The notes under the pieces: generated by a model | What the model was told of the DNA's origin: nothing | The model's database searches: none | Seen by the model: only the letters and a program-made list of their open reading frames with translations | Shown: positions 23,029 to 36,591 of the stretch, one piece after another | Layout of the letters: the number at the start of each line of letters is the position of its first letter | Numbering within the stretch: the stretch's first letter is position 1 | Assembly: GCA_000934665.2 (NCBI GenBank) | Contig: JYFJ02001738.1 | Location: forward strand, 1-64,000 | Origin: Catajapyx aquilonaris | Lineage: Eukaryota | Length of the DNA: 64,000 nucleotides | Reading direction: 5' to 3' | Position numbers and translations under genes: made by a program

Positions 23029-26000
23029 GTATTTGGACCCATGAGCAAGCCAGGTGTACTGTACCGCAAGTACGGTACGGGTCAAGGTACGGGTCTGACA
23101 AGGGACCTCACAGTATATCGTCGGCAATAAGGAGAAAGGACGAATATACAATTTTTCAGAAAATGAGGAAAATTCGTATTTTAAGGTGACCTCACCCACC
23201 GCAGGTTTTGGTGAAAGGACAAATGTGTAGGTGCAACGTGCGCATACAGTGACACTTTATTTGTGGTTTCAATTTCAACTTAGTTTTGCCTCTCCTGTAA
23301 AATTTCTAAAATCCGCCCTTTCTCCTTAATGCCGACGATATGCAGTTTCTCTCTACTATCCTAGGCTCCCACTTAGAAAACTCAGCCAAGCACAACCTGT
23401 CCTTAAGCCACCAGCATAGAGCATTGGGCTCCACCCCGCCTGGAGTTTGTCTAGCGTCCGTAAATCGCGGAAACCCCGCCATCAACTGCAGCCGAAACTG
23501 GCCAAGAGCAATCAAATAGCCACCACTCACCCAATGAGGTGCTGGAGGGCGTAGTACACTCAGCCAGAGAAGTAGAATCTCTTTGTATCCGGAAAAACCC
23601 AGGGCATAAAAAATAAACTGCCACGTGAGACCGCGATACGTGAACTGAACTCCCAATTGTGCGATTTTCCACGTTGATGGACACTACAAGTAAACAACAT
23701 GGGATCAGAGCAGTGGCCAGAATCAGTGGGTTTGGTGGCAACCAAGCGGATGTCTCTGGGACTTGAATTCTTCAGTGTTTGGTGAGAAAATGCATTGGCT
23801 TGCAGGCTATGGGGTCCAGCCTGGCAACCAAACTGACACTGCATAATTGCTGAACTGGGCCAGTCAACCATGCAGGAACCCGCACATACTACTTTTGCCA
23901 TTTCCCGGCCGCTAACGAAAGACAGTGAGAAATAAAGTCAATTGGACTAAACCCTACCCTCCCAACTTAATTACTCCGCAGACCTAATTAGCTGGGTCGG
24001 CGGCATTTGCCAATTCCCACTGCCCCCGGTGCCATGTGTGGATCATTTGCGAGATTGGAGCCGAAATGGAGCCCTTCATATGTAGGCTCCCCATTCGAGG
24101 ACCACGTGAAATTGCAGTCTAAATCCCATAGCAACCACAACAAACAGCCTGCGCAGATTGGAAAAGTTGACTCCTTATGCCCTATAACATTTGGGCACAA
24201 AAAAATACATGATCGAATTTTTTACCCGGGTAAGTACGACCCGCATGCGCAAGTGCACTGCACCACACATGCAGGCCCCAATTACTTATAAATTGGGTTG
24301 CGCTGGGTCATGGCTCTATACACTTTACACAAGCCATATTAGCCTCTAGCAGTCAAAATCAGCATATTTGGAGCCGGCTCTCCAGAGTTTATCCGTTCCG
24401 CTAAAAGTGTATGCCCAACATACTGTAATGCAAAACGCCTAAATCCCCACACATGGATGACGACTGAGCTCGGCTTGAAAAGGCACGACCTTTTTTTTCC
24501 ACTCTCGACACCAGGATTTCCATAAATGTTTCAACGGCCTCCCCGAAATGCGACGAGAAGAATGATAATTGGAAAAACTATGAGGCAATGACAAAGGCGA
24601 TAAATTGCGCGTTAAATGCTCGTCGAATTTCAACTGCACGTGACTGGCACCACGTTTCCAGATGTGCAAAGGCCCGTGTGAATCGAAAGTTAATTTTAAA
24701 GTTTTGGACCCCCTCATGCCCGAACCATAATTTTAGCTACAATACGTATAAGCACGAAATTATTCGCATCACGCACCAGGAGGGGGCATGGGGGGTGGAG
24801 GCAAAGGCATAAATATGTCAAAGCTTGATTGCGAACCAAGTGTCCCATAGCGATGTCGTGCTTGTAAATTATTGAGACTTCATTTTCTAGACGTTGTCTG
24901 CACAACCGAACCTGAATTGCGCTTGGGAAATCACTTTTTTTTACACATTAACTACTTTTAAAACTGATGTCATAAAAACTGGTGATTAAAGCAAGGGGCA
25001 GCTTCACCAACAGAAAAGACAGAGAACAAGTGGTCTGGACGTGTTCCACCTAAACACTCCCTCAAGAACACGGAGCATGAGAGGTGCAATAGAGAGATCG
25101 AGTGCGGAGATAAACGCGGACATTTGGACACCACAAAAAAAAATCGGTATCAGTGTTAATGGGACTTTTTTGGGTCCCCGAAAGGCCTTTCAGACCAGAA
25201 TAATGGGGAGCAGTGATTGCCTGGGGCTGAATCTCCCCAAAGCGGCCTGGGATGACAGCAATTTTCGACACTCGTAGGTTGTTACCTAGACGAAGAGGGA
25301 ATGGATGAAGGACAAAAAATATATATATAGAACCCAGCTAGATCCGCAATGATGGCGTACCAGGTTTTAGATCTAAGACGCCAATGCTGCTTCAAACATT
25401 TTCGGAGCTGAGCGCCCTGTGCTTGCTTCCTATTAGGAATTTATTGCTAACCTGTTGCAGCTCAACCTCTACCGTCATTCTACAGGTAAACATCTTGTCA
25501 AGAAGAGCTACCGCGTGCAACAGACAGGAATGTGTCCGGAATTTTTTTGACACCGGATCGTATTACAATGGCGTTAGTGTGGTGTTTTTACGTTGAGAGG
25601 TTTGGTCTAAACTGCGTGCGCTTTTCCGGATAGTACCCATGGTGGTTTTAGCAATTGCCACTTTTCTCTACTGCAAGTGAGGACACATAGTTGCAAGTTG
25701 TTACTTGATCTGTAGCAAGGTGGTTTAGTATATTGGTTAGGGCGTTAGGTGTTCAGAAAATAGATCCACCCAATGCAATGTAGCCTACTGCAGAGAGATG
25801 CAATATGTCTCTCCTTGGTCGTGCTACAGCTTCTAGGTGACTGTTTTAATATCTTTGTACTTACTAGTATGTTATCCTGGCTAATCAGAGTCACCCATTC
25901 TACTTGGTTGTACAACTGTCAGTATAACTTTACAGGCTGAAATTTTGGCTAAGCTATATTTTAAATCGACTCTGCGCATGCGTGGGCAAATCAACATGGC

Positions 26001-29000
26001 AGCTAATCCCTTGGCACCAACATTTACCTACTTGGGATAAAAATTTCTATGCGTAAATATTGGGTTAGTATGCAAATGAACAATACTGTACCTAGTTTAT
26101 AATTAGAAACGGAACTGTAAATATTTTATGACATCACGCCGTATAGGATATGCTAATCCGTTTCGCGAAAATGTCCTCTACTGGACGGGTTTCCGTTGTA
26201 TAGGACAGAAATTCATTGAAAATCTTCCCCATGGAACAAGCAAAAATTTTGGTGATGGACATGTTTCCGCTGCATACAGGGTCTGCTATGGACAGGTTAC
26301 AGAACATTTCTGGTGAGGATTTGGTCTGAATTGGATTAGAAAATTTAGTGTCTAAAATTATTTTTAAAGCTCCCACAAAACAAGCTGTAGCAATATAGTA
26401 TTAAAACTATTAACCGTGGGAATTTCAACCTTCGTTTGAACAAAAGATCACACCCGCAAAATAAATTTACCAATAATTATTAAGTAAATAAAAATGGAAT
26501 GTGATCCATTCACATCCGCTCGATACGGTTCGATAATATTATTCACATACTGATTGTGTTTCATTTTTTCGATGAAACAAGTATCTTATCTGTACTCACA
26601 TTTCTATGAATACTTTTGTGCCGCTTTTCTCAATATTAGATCCACAAATTTTCCAATATTTTTTTTTTCAATCCCCTCATATTAACCAATCCATGTACAA
26701 CACGTGCCCTGGAGATTCCATCATGGAAGCAGCCGTTGCATCATTATCGAACGGTTGACTTTATGCAAAAAAGCCCCCGCCTTATAACTCAACGAGGAAA
26801 TGATTGAAGGCCCTGTAACCTCATAGGTCAAGAAATCTTGGCAGACGTCAATCCAAAGGCGCCGATTCAGAAGGCGCTTTCCCTCCAAAATTGCACCAGA
26901 AGCGAAAGGAAAAAAGGGCGATGGAAATATTTCCGATTCATTGGATCTGTAAACAAAATATAAAATGAAGGAACCAAATTGTTTCCGAACCGACCTGGGG
27001 CCTCCCCAAAAAAAAGTGGCGGAAGCTGGCGGTGACAACAAAGGACTTCATTTGGTGGTGGCAGGGAGGCAGGGAAGGGGGGATAGAGCCTGGCTGATCC
27101 TTTCGCCCGATATGCAAAAGGGAGCCAGCTTTGCATCTAATAGGAGCCAATAGAGAACCAGTAGGGCGGCAGCGGCTGCAGAGGTCGGGGTGAGGGGGCC
27201 ACCGGGAAATTCTGCTAGAAAAGAGACGAGGGAGACGAGAGAAATGCTAATTAGTTCCTCCCCATACCCCTCTCCATCTCCCTCCCCTACTCCCTCCCAA
27301 TGCTATCCTGCACCCGCCCAGGAATTAATGAAAGCAATGATTTCACTCTTTGTTCCTGAGAGTTTTCGCCTTGACTTTTCGGGCACAGTTATCAGGCATG
27401 TACTGATTGAACTCGGTGATGGAGAGAGGGGGAGATACCCGCCTCAATGTAATCCGATTTGACTCTTGATCTCCCAGCGTATATTGAAAATAAAAGGGAC
27501 TCGGGGTATTCCTGCTTCGCTATACGTCTAGGGAGGAAAATACTCTTTCAGGGATGTGGTTGGGTATCGGTACGGTATTATTATTTACGTATTTAACATA
27601 ATGGAAAATAAATTTGTACGAATATCATTCTAAAGTAGGGGAAGCAAATGTTATTCTGGTGGTTAAACACAACATGGGCTATGCTGACCAAAATAAACAT
27701 GGAAGAAACGTCATACAAACACCAATGCGGTGTGTTTGGTTTTGAACGATCTAAACGTAAGCAAATTCTGCAAAATAATGGCCTGGAACCGCGGCATATC
27801 ATAACAGTCATGATTTTAAATGCTGAATGGTAATACGATATGCATACAACAATGTTACGCATTGCTAAGCATAAGTTATTGATCACAAAATTGGCCCAAA
27901 AGTAAAATTGCACACTAAGGTCTATTTTCACCTACGTTCAAATTGTGAAATGCACAATTTTCTATTTCTAGTATCAAAATAAATTTTTGTGTTGGCAATC
28001 AGATTTGGGGGGTATGTCCTATTAGGCAAAGTTTAACAATATTATAGCTGGCTTGTTTACAATAATTGAATCAAAAGCCAGCATCTCATTCTCTGTTATT
28101 GTCATTTTGTACATTTTCACAATAAATTTTTGATGCTGGTTGCTTGGATGGAGGCTTTTAGTCAAGCTTTTAGTTACCGAGGTATTGGAAATTGAATTGT
28201 GCATCGAATTATCATAACGCAATCGCATACCACGCTGTATATGCTGCTTTTATTGAATGCAATGAGATCGAAATTTACGCAAATATTGCGTATAACTAGC
28301 AAGGCCTGTCAACTCCAATTCACAAATATACAAATAGGTGTTGTATGATCGATTGATCGCAAATTAAACACCGGGAAAAGAGGTGATTTCGAAAGTAGTT
28401 TGATTTGTGATGAAAGAATGTTCCAAAACCCGTAAGTCAATCCATATCCCGTAGTCTATACCCCATAGAGGTAGAAACTAAAGGCATGTTCATATCTCTA
28501 CGCCACGTGGCCCACACCCAAGATGGCTACTCCCACATCGGCTGCCATGCCACAGCCAATCACACCAGCTGTTGCCATCGTTGTACTTCTATCAACTCCC
28601 GTCCTGGCCGCCCCTTAAACTCCGCCCGTTCTATCGCCCCCCCCCCCTCCTCCCCCGAAGATCGCCATGGTTCCAAGCCTGGCTGCGATTTCCGTGCCAA
28701 TCCACGTGGAAATCGAGATGGCGCTTCTTCTCCGGAAATGGGGAAAACTCGGGTCATTTGCGTTTAGGCGCCTCGTACTTTTGAACCTGGTTCGAAGAAC
28801 TCTTTGTGAAACTGTGGACTCCCAGCAACTTGCCCAGCAAGGTCATGGCAGTTGACGCCTTGCACCCTGCCCATCCCGCAAGTCAAGAGAGGCACTTGGG
28901 TTGCATACAGGCTTAGGATGAAGTTAGTCTCCAAGAGTGAAGCGCTTTGACCTCCGTTGCGTGATGGAAGCCACCAGTCGGATAGCAGCAGTCAGGCATC

Positions 29001-30133
29001 CACCAGCCGGTGTAAGGGGGAGTAACCATCGATCGGTAATACCCGCTGGCGCCTTTGGGGTAGAGCCAGATGAGAGGAGGGCGGGGACGGGAGGGGGTTG
29101 CAGCGATAGGGAAGAATGGCCAGGCCAAGGGCAGTAAGGGAAAGAGAGGGGGAAGAGAAGATCCAGATTCGGTCCCACGGTGATTTTCTCTGGCGCAAAA
29201 TCCGGGCGTACAAAGAAAAACTCTGGCCTTCCCGAAGAGCGTCTCTCTCTCTCTCTCGGAACAAGAGCGGGGGCAACAACAAGGAGAAAAGCCGGGTCCC
29301 GGCTTGGCGCTTCCACGGTATATTCGCGGCCTAATGCAATTTTCTACACGCTTGCGCTATCCCCGGGCACCTACATAATCAAAATGTAAGAAAATCCGTG
29401 TTCTCTCTCAGGATTTTATAGCTCTAAGAGAGAAGAGACTCGTTTGGAGCAACGTACTGTAAAATGATGATGACCTCTTTAAATAATTTGGCGCCAGAAT
29501 TAATGCTGCTAATACCCGCATGTTTAACGTTATCGACCTGACTAAATGGAAAAGGCTGTTGTAGGGCACTGCACAATTGAATGGAACATGTAATTGCAGT
29601 TTCAGCCATGGTTTCCAATAGCGGTTATTTGACAAGTAGAAGTTCCTGGGCAAGCCTAACTTCTCTGTGCAAAACATTTCACAGTAACCTACATTAAAAT
29701 CTGTTTATAACTGAAAATATGTCTACTGTTGGATTTCTGTGGGACGAATATACTGTACGAAGTTTCATTGTATCATACATAGTGCCGAGTTAAATACGTC
29801 GTACAAATTCAAACTTACATTGCAGATGAATACTTGCATGCAAAAATTTTAGCAACATTTACCCGAGATAATCAGAGATTTTCTCTTTGAGTTGACACAA
29901 CCGGCTGTTAGCCTTCATGAAACCCTCACGACTAAACTGCTACTGGATAGCCAAAGTTAGGTAGTCGACATTAAATGAACCAGTCAACCTTAGAGTACCC
30001 GGAAACCTAAGCTAGTCTAGATGATAAAAAGTAATAAGAGGCCGTCCTTTAAATCAAAGAGAGCAAATGTCGTCTACCCTGGTGTTATCACAGTGTGCGT
30101 GCTTGATGGGCAAAAGAGGAAATTGGGACTCAC

Positions 30134-30697
30134 CCATGACTACAACCCAGACAGGCTTGGACGTGGTAATGGAGTCGCGAGTACGCTCCTGGCACTGCCA
30201 AATCCCGCCATCATCCGGGGCCACCCTGACAATCTTGAGATGCGAAGGCGTCCCGGGAGAGGCGCCTTCAGTCATCGAGTACCGTTTGCTGCCATCGACA
30301 CCCACCGACTTGCCGTTCTGCAGCCACAGGACTGGGCCAGTGGTGGCGTTGCCCAACTCGCAGTTGAGCACCAGCTCGTTTCCGGGCCGAACCACCACTT
30401 CCGGAAGGGGCGAGGGCCCGGATGATGTCGAGGGCTTGTTGGAAGTGTCCTCTGCAGCTGCTGGGCTCTCTTCCTCCTCCTCTTCCTCCTCCTCCTCGGC
30501 TGTCACCTCCGATGCGTCTGGCTGTGGCGGATCCTTCTGTGGCTCCGGCGGTTGAGACTGCGGTGCCAGCGCGGGATGCTGCGGTGCTTCCGGCTCCTCT
30601 CCGGAAGACCGGTCTTCCGCCTCGTCTTCTTCGGCGTCGTCTGTCATGTGGTGTGTCCCGTGGTGCCGGAGGGAGTGTGAGCAAAACGCATTTTGGC
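30134..30697 (-). CDS. tei: Internal coding exon A of an Ig-superfamily cell-surface gene (teiresias/faint sausage-like): acidic Pro/Glu-rich stalk plus Ig domain 1
   Basis: Acceptor gtgtctctctttctccattccag|G at 30698/30697 and donor ATG G|GTGAGT at 30134/30133; 564 nt, phase 1-1. Encodes ...EVVVRPGNELVLNCELGNATTGPVLWLQNG...LKIVRVAPDDGGIWQCQE...VWVVVM, with the Ig C...W...DxGxWxC signature. Splices in frame to the next exon (M-D-TPRDV). The family name is from recalled similarity, not a search. Confidence 0.88.
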
Positions 30698-33600
30698 CTG
30701 GAATGGAGAAAGAGAGACACCTTTTAGCCACCATTTGACTACAGTTGGGACAGTGTCTGCTAGTGGCATCGACCTTCTCTAGGCTCTACGTAGCATTATG
30801 CGCTCCGGATGAATAATGGCCGCAACCTGACACTGCAAAGCAGTGCCATGCTTGATATAGTAACCAGAGTATCCGCGTGCTGTAGACGAGCCCCCTTTTG
30901 CCGATTTGTTGGAGGCCCAGTTAGTGAAAAATGAAGCTCCTGGGAACGGGAAAATGCACATTATTTCGGCTGGCACACCTCACCCGGTGCGGATCGACTC
31001 GCTGCATAGAATTCTGCACCTCTCCCGGGGTAAACCGTGCGCCGGCAGCAATTAGTCCTGGCAAACTGACTTTATCCTTTGTTCGGAAGGCAATATTGTG
31101 CGGCCAGCGTATCACGCGAATGGGATTACTAGTACAACTTGATTAACGATTAGGTCCGTCAGGTGCCTCCATTTAAGTCCTTATTATCTCATCACCCTGC
31201 ATATGTCATAATAACAGCCCAAGTCGGGCTCAAGAAAACAAAAGCTCGATTCAACTTTGGAGCACTTAGTGCAGCCCCAAGTTTGTTAAAAACAACAACA
31301 ACAAATGGCCCCAAGATGTCACAATATTTCGCCGAACTTGGGCTAACAATCAGTGTAAATTTCTGCCGAGGGGTCCCCTGAAGTACCACCAAGGAGTCAA
31401 ATCTGCAAACTTTGCTTCCGAGATAAGGCGCTCAAGTCAGTAGGGCGCGGTCCAACTAAACATGTGCAGCGCTCCCACTTCTGCAGGAGATTCTAAATGA
31501 TAATTGTGCTTCCCGCCGAGAGTAATTCGTCACTTGGGAAAGAAGCATAAATCAGTTGAGGTGGGTCTTCTACAGTAGAGGGCGGGATAAGAGAGAAAGA
31601 AGAAGAGTCGTGAGCGGAATCATCCCGTGCTGCTCGTAGCAGACCACGGGAGCGTTGCACCGTGACAACGCAACGGATTTCACGGATAATTTCGCCCAGA
31701 GTTACGGGCTGTTGGGAGCCAGAATTTAGCAACGTTGAGAAAGGCACAAGCTATTGATATCTAAATGCTGGCTAGGTGACACTACATAGTACAGGTTGCA
31801 CGTTAAATATTTGGCACTTGAAGGATTTGTCAAAATACGGGGAGGGTAAGACGTGGCACAGAACGCTGTGGAAAAGTCAAGATCTTGTTGACAAGATGCC
31901 ATTCCTCCACTTTGCTTTTCATTTGCAGGTGTTCCTGAACTCTGTTGATATAGCGAGGCAAACACGAAGCGGAATCAGAGCATCAAAGTAGCCAAATGAG
32001 CCATAAGTTTAGTTTAGGAACAGTCAACCAAGAAACTTTCCACTTGGCAGAAGCAGCAGCTAGGAAGGGGAGGTAAGTGGCAGGAGAAGGAGGATAGGAA
32101 AGTTAAAAAAAAGAGGATGAGACGGTACGGTAGTATATATTTGGCGAAAGGCAGGCTGCTCGCCCCGAAGGCAATGAGTGGCAAGTTCTGTAAATACCAT
32201 TAGCCCCGAACCACGCAACTGGGACCAGAAATTAGCATAAGGTGCAGCAGAGATGGGAACTGTCATAATGCACCGGTGGCGAACTGGAGAAGGAAATGGA
32301 GAGCAGCTCCACCCACCACTTCACATTTAAACCGAAACGTTCATTTGCATCCAAAGCTGTCTGGACGGACAGGAAGTCTGCCTACGACGTGAACCGTATT
32401 ACCAATGCCAAAAAGCTACAAAAGGATATGTATGCCAACCTGCTGCTGCTACTGACGTATATAGTAACGAATAGCTGGTTTCATATACTCGGCAGGTCGT
32501 AGCACGACATTCTTCGATTTGTCAATCTGCATCTCAGATGAGCAGCTACCATTAATATTCATACCTGAGGTATACTTGAGAGGCTTTACGCGGCAATTCG
32601 ATCGCATACTAATTTCGACCAAAATCCCCGCAGCCAGGACATTTTCTTCTTATAGGCCTACCACATAATGTAGTGAGCTCGTCAATGTTAATAACCGGCT
32701 AAACGTGTGATTTCCGTCCCGGCGTAGCAAAATCCGGGACAAATCCGGAATCCAATTTCAATACATTTTGAGGAGAACACGATTTCATTCCCTCGCCAAG
32801 CCTTAGCGAAAGAGAGACGGGGGAGAGAACTCGCAGAAAACTGGAGAATTAAATGTCGTCATCGTCCCAGATCGATCCTATCGATTACCTAGACGATGGA
32901 ATCTACATTCCAACGTCGTCTGCAGAGAGAGGAAAAAAGTGTGGACTGGAGCCCAATTAGCGGACATTCGCGGTAGCATTCCCGAGGGTATGCCCTCAGA
33001 ATTTTTTTTGCAACTTGTACATGCCTTATATCTGGTGAAAAAGATGCAGAGTCACCATCTCGGCATATAAAGAGTGCTGTCGAGGCAGGAATAACAGGGT
33101 GGCGAGGTAGAAAAATAACGTCCAAGCTGGGTTGTTCCCTCGTCGGAAACATTGTGCGGCACGTTCCTTTCCCGATGCAATATCCAAGCCTCTGCTGCTG
33201 CAAAAGCCGGCTCCCTCGGATTATATAAAAATGCATATATGCAAAGGACGTCCCCAACTTTATGCAGTGGGTAACAACGGGTTGCTGTTGGAATGGTGGA
33301 AATGTAATCAGAGTCGCAAAAGGTTAACGTTGTTTTCAGAGGTAGGCATTAAAACATTGGGTGGCGGTGGGGAAAAGTTGCTCCAACTTGAGTCTATATG
33401 CATGCAGCAGGACCCTCGCGGAATTCTTACAACGCGGATGCATGCTTTCCATATTGTCAACTGGGGAACTGTCTACACTCTCCGGCGAACTATTCTGGCA
33501 AATGCACTGTACGCAAGAAATTCTAGAGTCCTCTTTCCCTTCACAGACGACTTTCAGCGCTTTTTTATATTGCACTTCTAAAACGGCGAACTAGGGGAAA

Positions 33601-36538
33601 AAATCAATCCATATTAATATCACTGACAGTTCCAGTTTGGGAATGTGTACTCAAACTTCGACAATTCTGTAGAAACACTAACAACTGCCAGTTTTTACTT
33701 AGGGATGCCTGCCTGAAAATTTACTCGCTCATTTTTAATTAGTGCAAATAAGTTGTTGGGTAGCCTGAATACGTTTATTAACTCAATATTAGTAAATTTT
33801 AGATTTATTATAGGCAGAAACGCAATAATAAACATGGCAATAAGTAATAGGTATAAGTACTACGTACAGTATAAAACATATGTCAAAAAAATCCGCCAAA
33901 AGTATGCATGCAGAGATGGACACAATTCCTTGCAATAAACCTGCAAAAATTTTACAGTGCAAACGTAAGCCGCTTATTCTTTAAATTACGAGAGAGATTC
34001 TTCAAGCTTATCTAGTTTTTTAAAAACTTTCAGGCCATGATATTTTATTTAAAAAATTTTATGCACAAAGTTTTTAAGCCCGACAAAAAAATGCAGTACT
34101 TCATTCCCAGATTATAAACAAGCGGTGCAATAAGTAGTCTTAACGCCACGAGCAAAGTAAGAAAAGTTGTACAAGATTAGAATCGTGCCACCTGTGTTCA
34201 CGTCTTATACTGTTAACATATAACATGAATAGCGAAAAGGCAATGAGCCGAAATGCACATAGATCGGTCACTTTTTTGGCCTGTGGCCCTCCTCCCATCA
34301 GGTTGCTGTCGGAGATAACATTTTAATTTCCTCTTCTTACCCGGCGGCAGCTGTAAATTCCGAAATTGTTGGGGTTCCCCGCACAGTACGCTGGCCCCAC
34401 GCTTCATTTCATATTCCAAACCATGGGTGTATTTTGAGGTACCACACCGTGGCGTATAGGTTACACTTTAAAGGTGCCAGTCACTTCTAGAAGCCAGCAC
34501 ACGAAAAAGTGTACCTCCACATTCATAATTTTTACTCACATAAAATATTATAATATGACCTACTGAGATGTATGATTACAAAATATTCTGGTTCCAAGCT
34601 CAGGAAAAAATGAATACAAAATGGCAAAAACTAGCACAGTGAAATGAGTGCTCTTTCCACGCAAACTCCCCTTGCAAAATCAAGCCGTCTCTTGTGCCCA
34701 GTCAACGCCGCATTATAAATGCCTTATCAGAGTGAATATTACGCTTACCATGAGTGACCTTATCAAGCAGACAGTTTCACGCCGCCCACATTGCCATTTA
34801 TTAGGCTGGAGACCGTAAAAATGGATTGAAAGCTCTGCATGCACGAAATTGCTGCATGCGTCAGCGCCAGATTTCCTCTGTGCGCCATATAGGTTTTGGC
34901 TGGAAACAATGTCAGTTCATGCAGACAATGGTGGAAAACACAAGGGGTGAACGCCTGTGACATTAGTACGTGAATAATCTGGCTGGGGCAAATGGGTGTA
35001 AAAAAAAAAAAGAGTGGACGAAAAGGACCCGCGAATGAAGCTGGAAGTGAAAACAGTGTTTCACTGTTGTCGCGGTATAGTGAACAGTATACACATCAGC
35101 CTAGGTTGAAATGGCGGCTGCAGACGTCGCCCTGGAGTCTAATATCGCCTGGATTTATGAAAAGGAAATAAAAGGAGGCAAGTTGCCCAGATTTTTCCCT
35201 GCATATATAAAAAAAAGAGGGCAGCAGAGAGCGGGAAAAAAAATATTCCAAGCAGTGTCTCTAGGAGAAAATTTTAATTTCAGGCCGGGTGCACCGAATG
35301 AAATGACAGTATGGTGTGTGTCTCTACGGTTTTTTTTTTCAGAGCAACCCAAATTATTTCCTACGCTTGATTTACATTCCAGGTGCGCCTAGGCAACTAG
35401 GAGCGCAATATTTTTCATTACGCATCCCCAGTCATTGAAAATATGAATTTGGTTCACTCAGTGCATATTCAAGAGTCAGAAGAAAAAAAAGTTTCCATCG
35501 CTTCGTTGCATCCCTTCAAGCTGACATTTTCTAATAATCAAACGCCAGCCGCAATTTAATACTTCACCTGATCCGAAGAGATAAACCCTTCGTGACATAT
35601 CATCTCCCGGACGGATCGGCATTAAAATTAGCCCCGGGTCCAATTCCATTTGTTTGTTTGCGTGAGTCAACCGATCGCAAGGTCTGCCCCCTTCCTGTTT
35701 TATATTCGTATAGTCCCCTATTTGTCCAATCCATTACAAGAGCCGGCTGATTGTGGCACCGGCCGCCCGTTACGACTAAGCTGGCCTGTCCGATATAGCT
35801 AATTAAGCTGGGGAATGTTTACTGGGCTGGGACTTGCAAATGCCCAGCTATGTCTGAGCCCAAGCTCATTACGGATTCGATCCGGAAAGAGGCGCGCCCT
35901 AAGTCAACGTCCCGGATAACACGACGCTTAAGTGTGCACATAGAGGATAAGGTAGCAGGGGCAATCCAGACTCCCCCCTCATTTTATCTTCTGGGGAACT
36001 CTCTCCCCCCACTTTTCTGCTGCCTCCTCTTAAAAAGATTGCTACAAACCTCGGTTAAACGAATCAGCTTATGAGCGCAGCCTGCTCGGAATTGATAAAA
36101 ATTATTGCGCTCTAGCCTGGCCCGGGGATTCTGCTGAGAAAAACAAATTGTCCTCGTTCAACTAATGGTCTTCCGCTTATATTTCTGACCGTGTATTACA
36201 CAGATTTCTGACGTGCAGGAGTGTTAAAGCCATTATTATAATTATATTGCATCTGTGACCTACCAAACGACATTGTGTGACCGTGCTGTATAAAGCAGCG
36301 ACAAAATTGCCAAGGAAGCTTCTACTTCTCTAATTGCATTGCCTGCGAATGTCGCGAGGTGAATATATAAGACCCATGGAGATTATACAGCTTATGCTTT
36401 TTTTTTTGAATGGTACACCAAACTATGTTTCCTATTTCACTCATATTAATAGTTAATCAACAGTTACAGTACTCACATCATAATTTCTCAAAAAAAGGAT
36501 TAGGCGACCTGTCCCCCTCCACACCAGACACCCTAAGC

Positions 36539-36591
36539 GATCTGATTGGTGGGAGCAGAGGGTGGAGGACCTCTGCTCCACCAATCAGATC
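36539..36591. repeat. 53-nt hairpin with a 22-bp stem
   Basis: gatctgattggtgggagcagagg-gtggagga-cctctgctccaccaatcagatc, with one bulged G. Confidence 0.85.

Noticed and set aside
30021..30727. Several overlapping ORFs on both strands
   Set aside because: Shadow frames of the GC-rich exon A; only the frame of 30054..30734 (-) has the Ig signature and splice compatibility.
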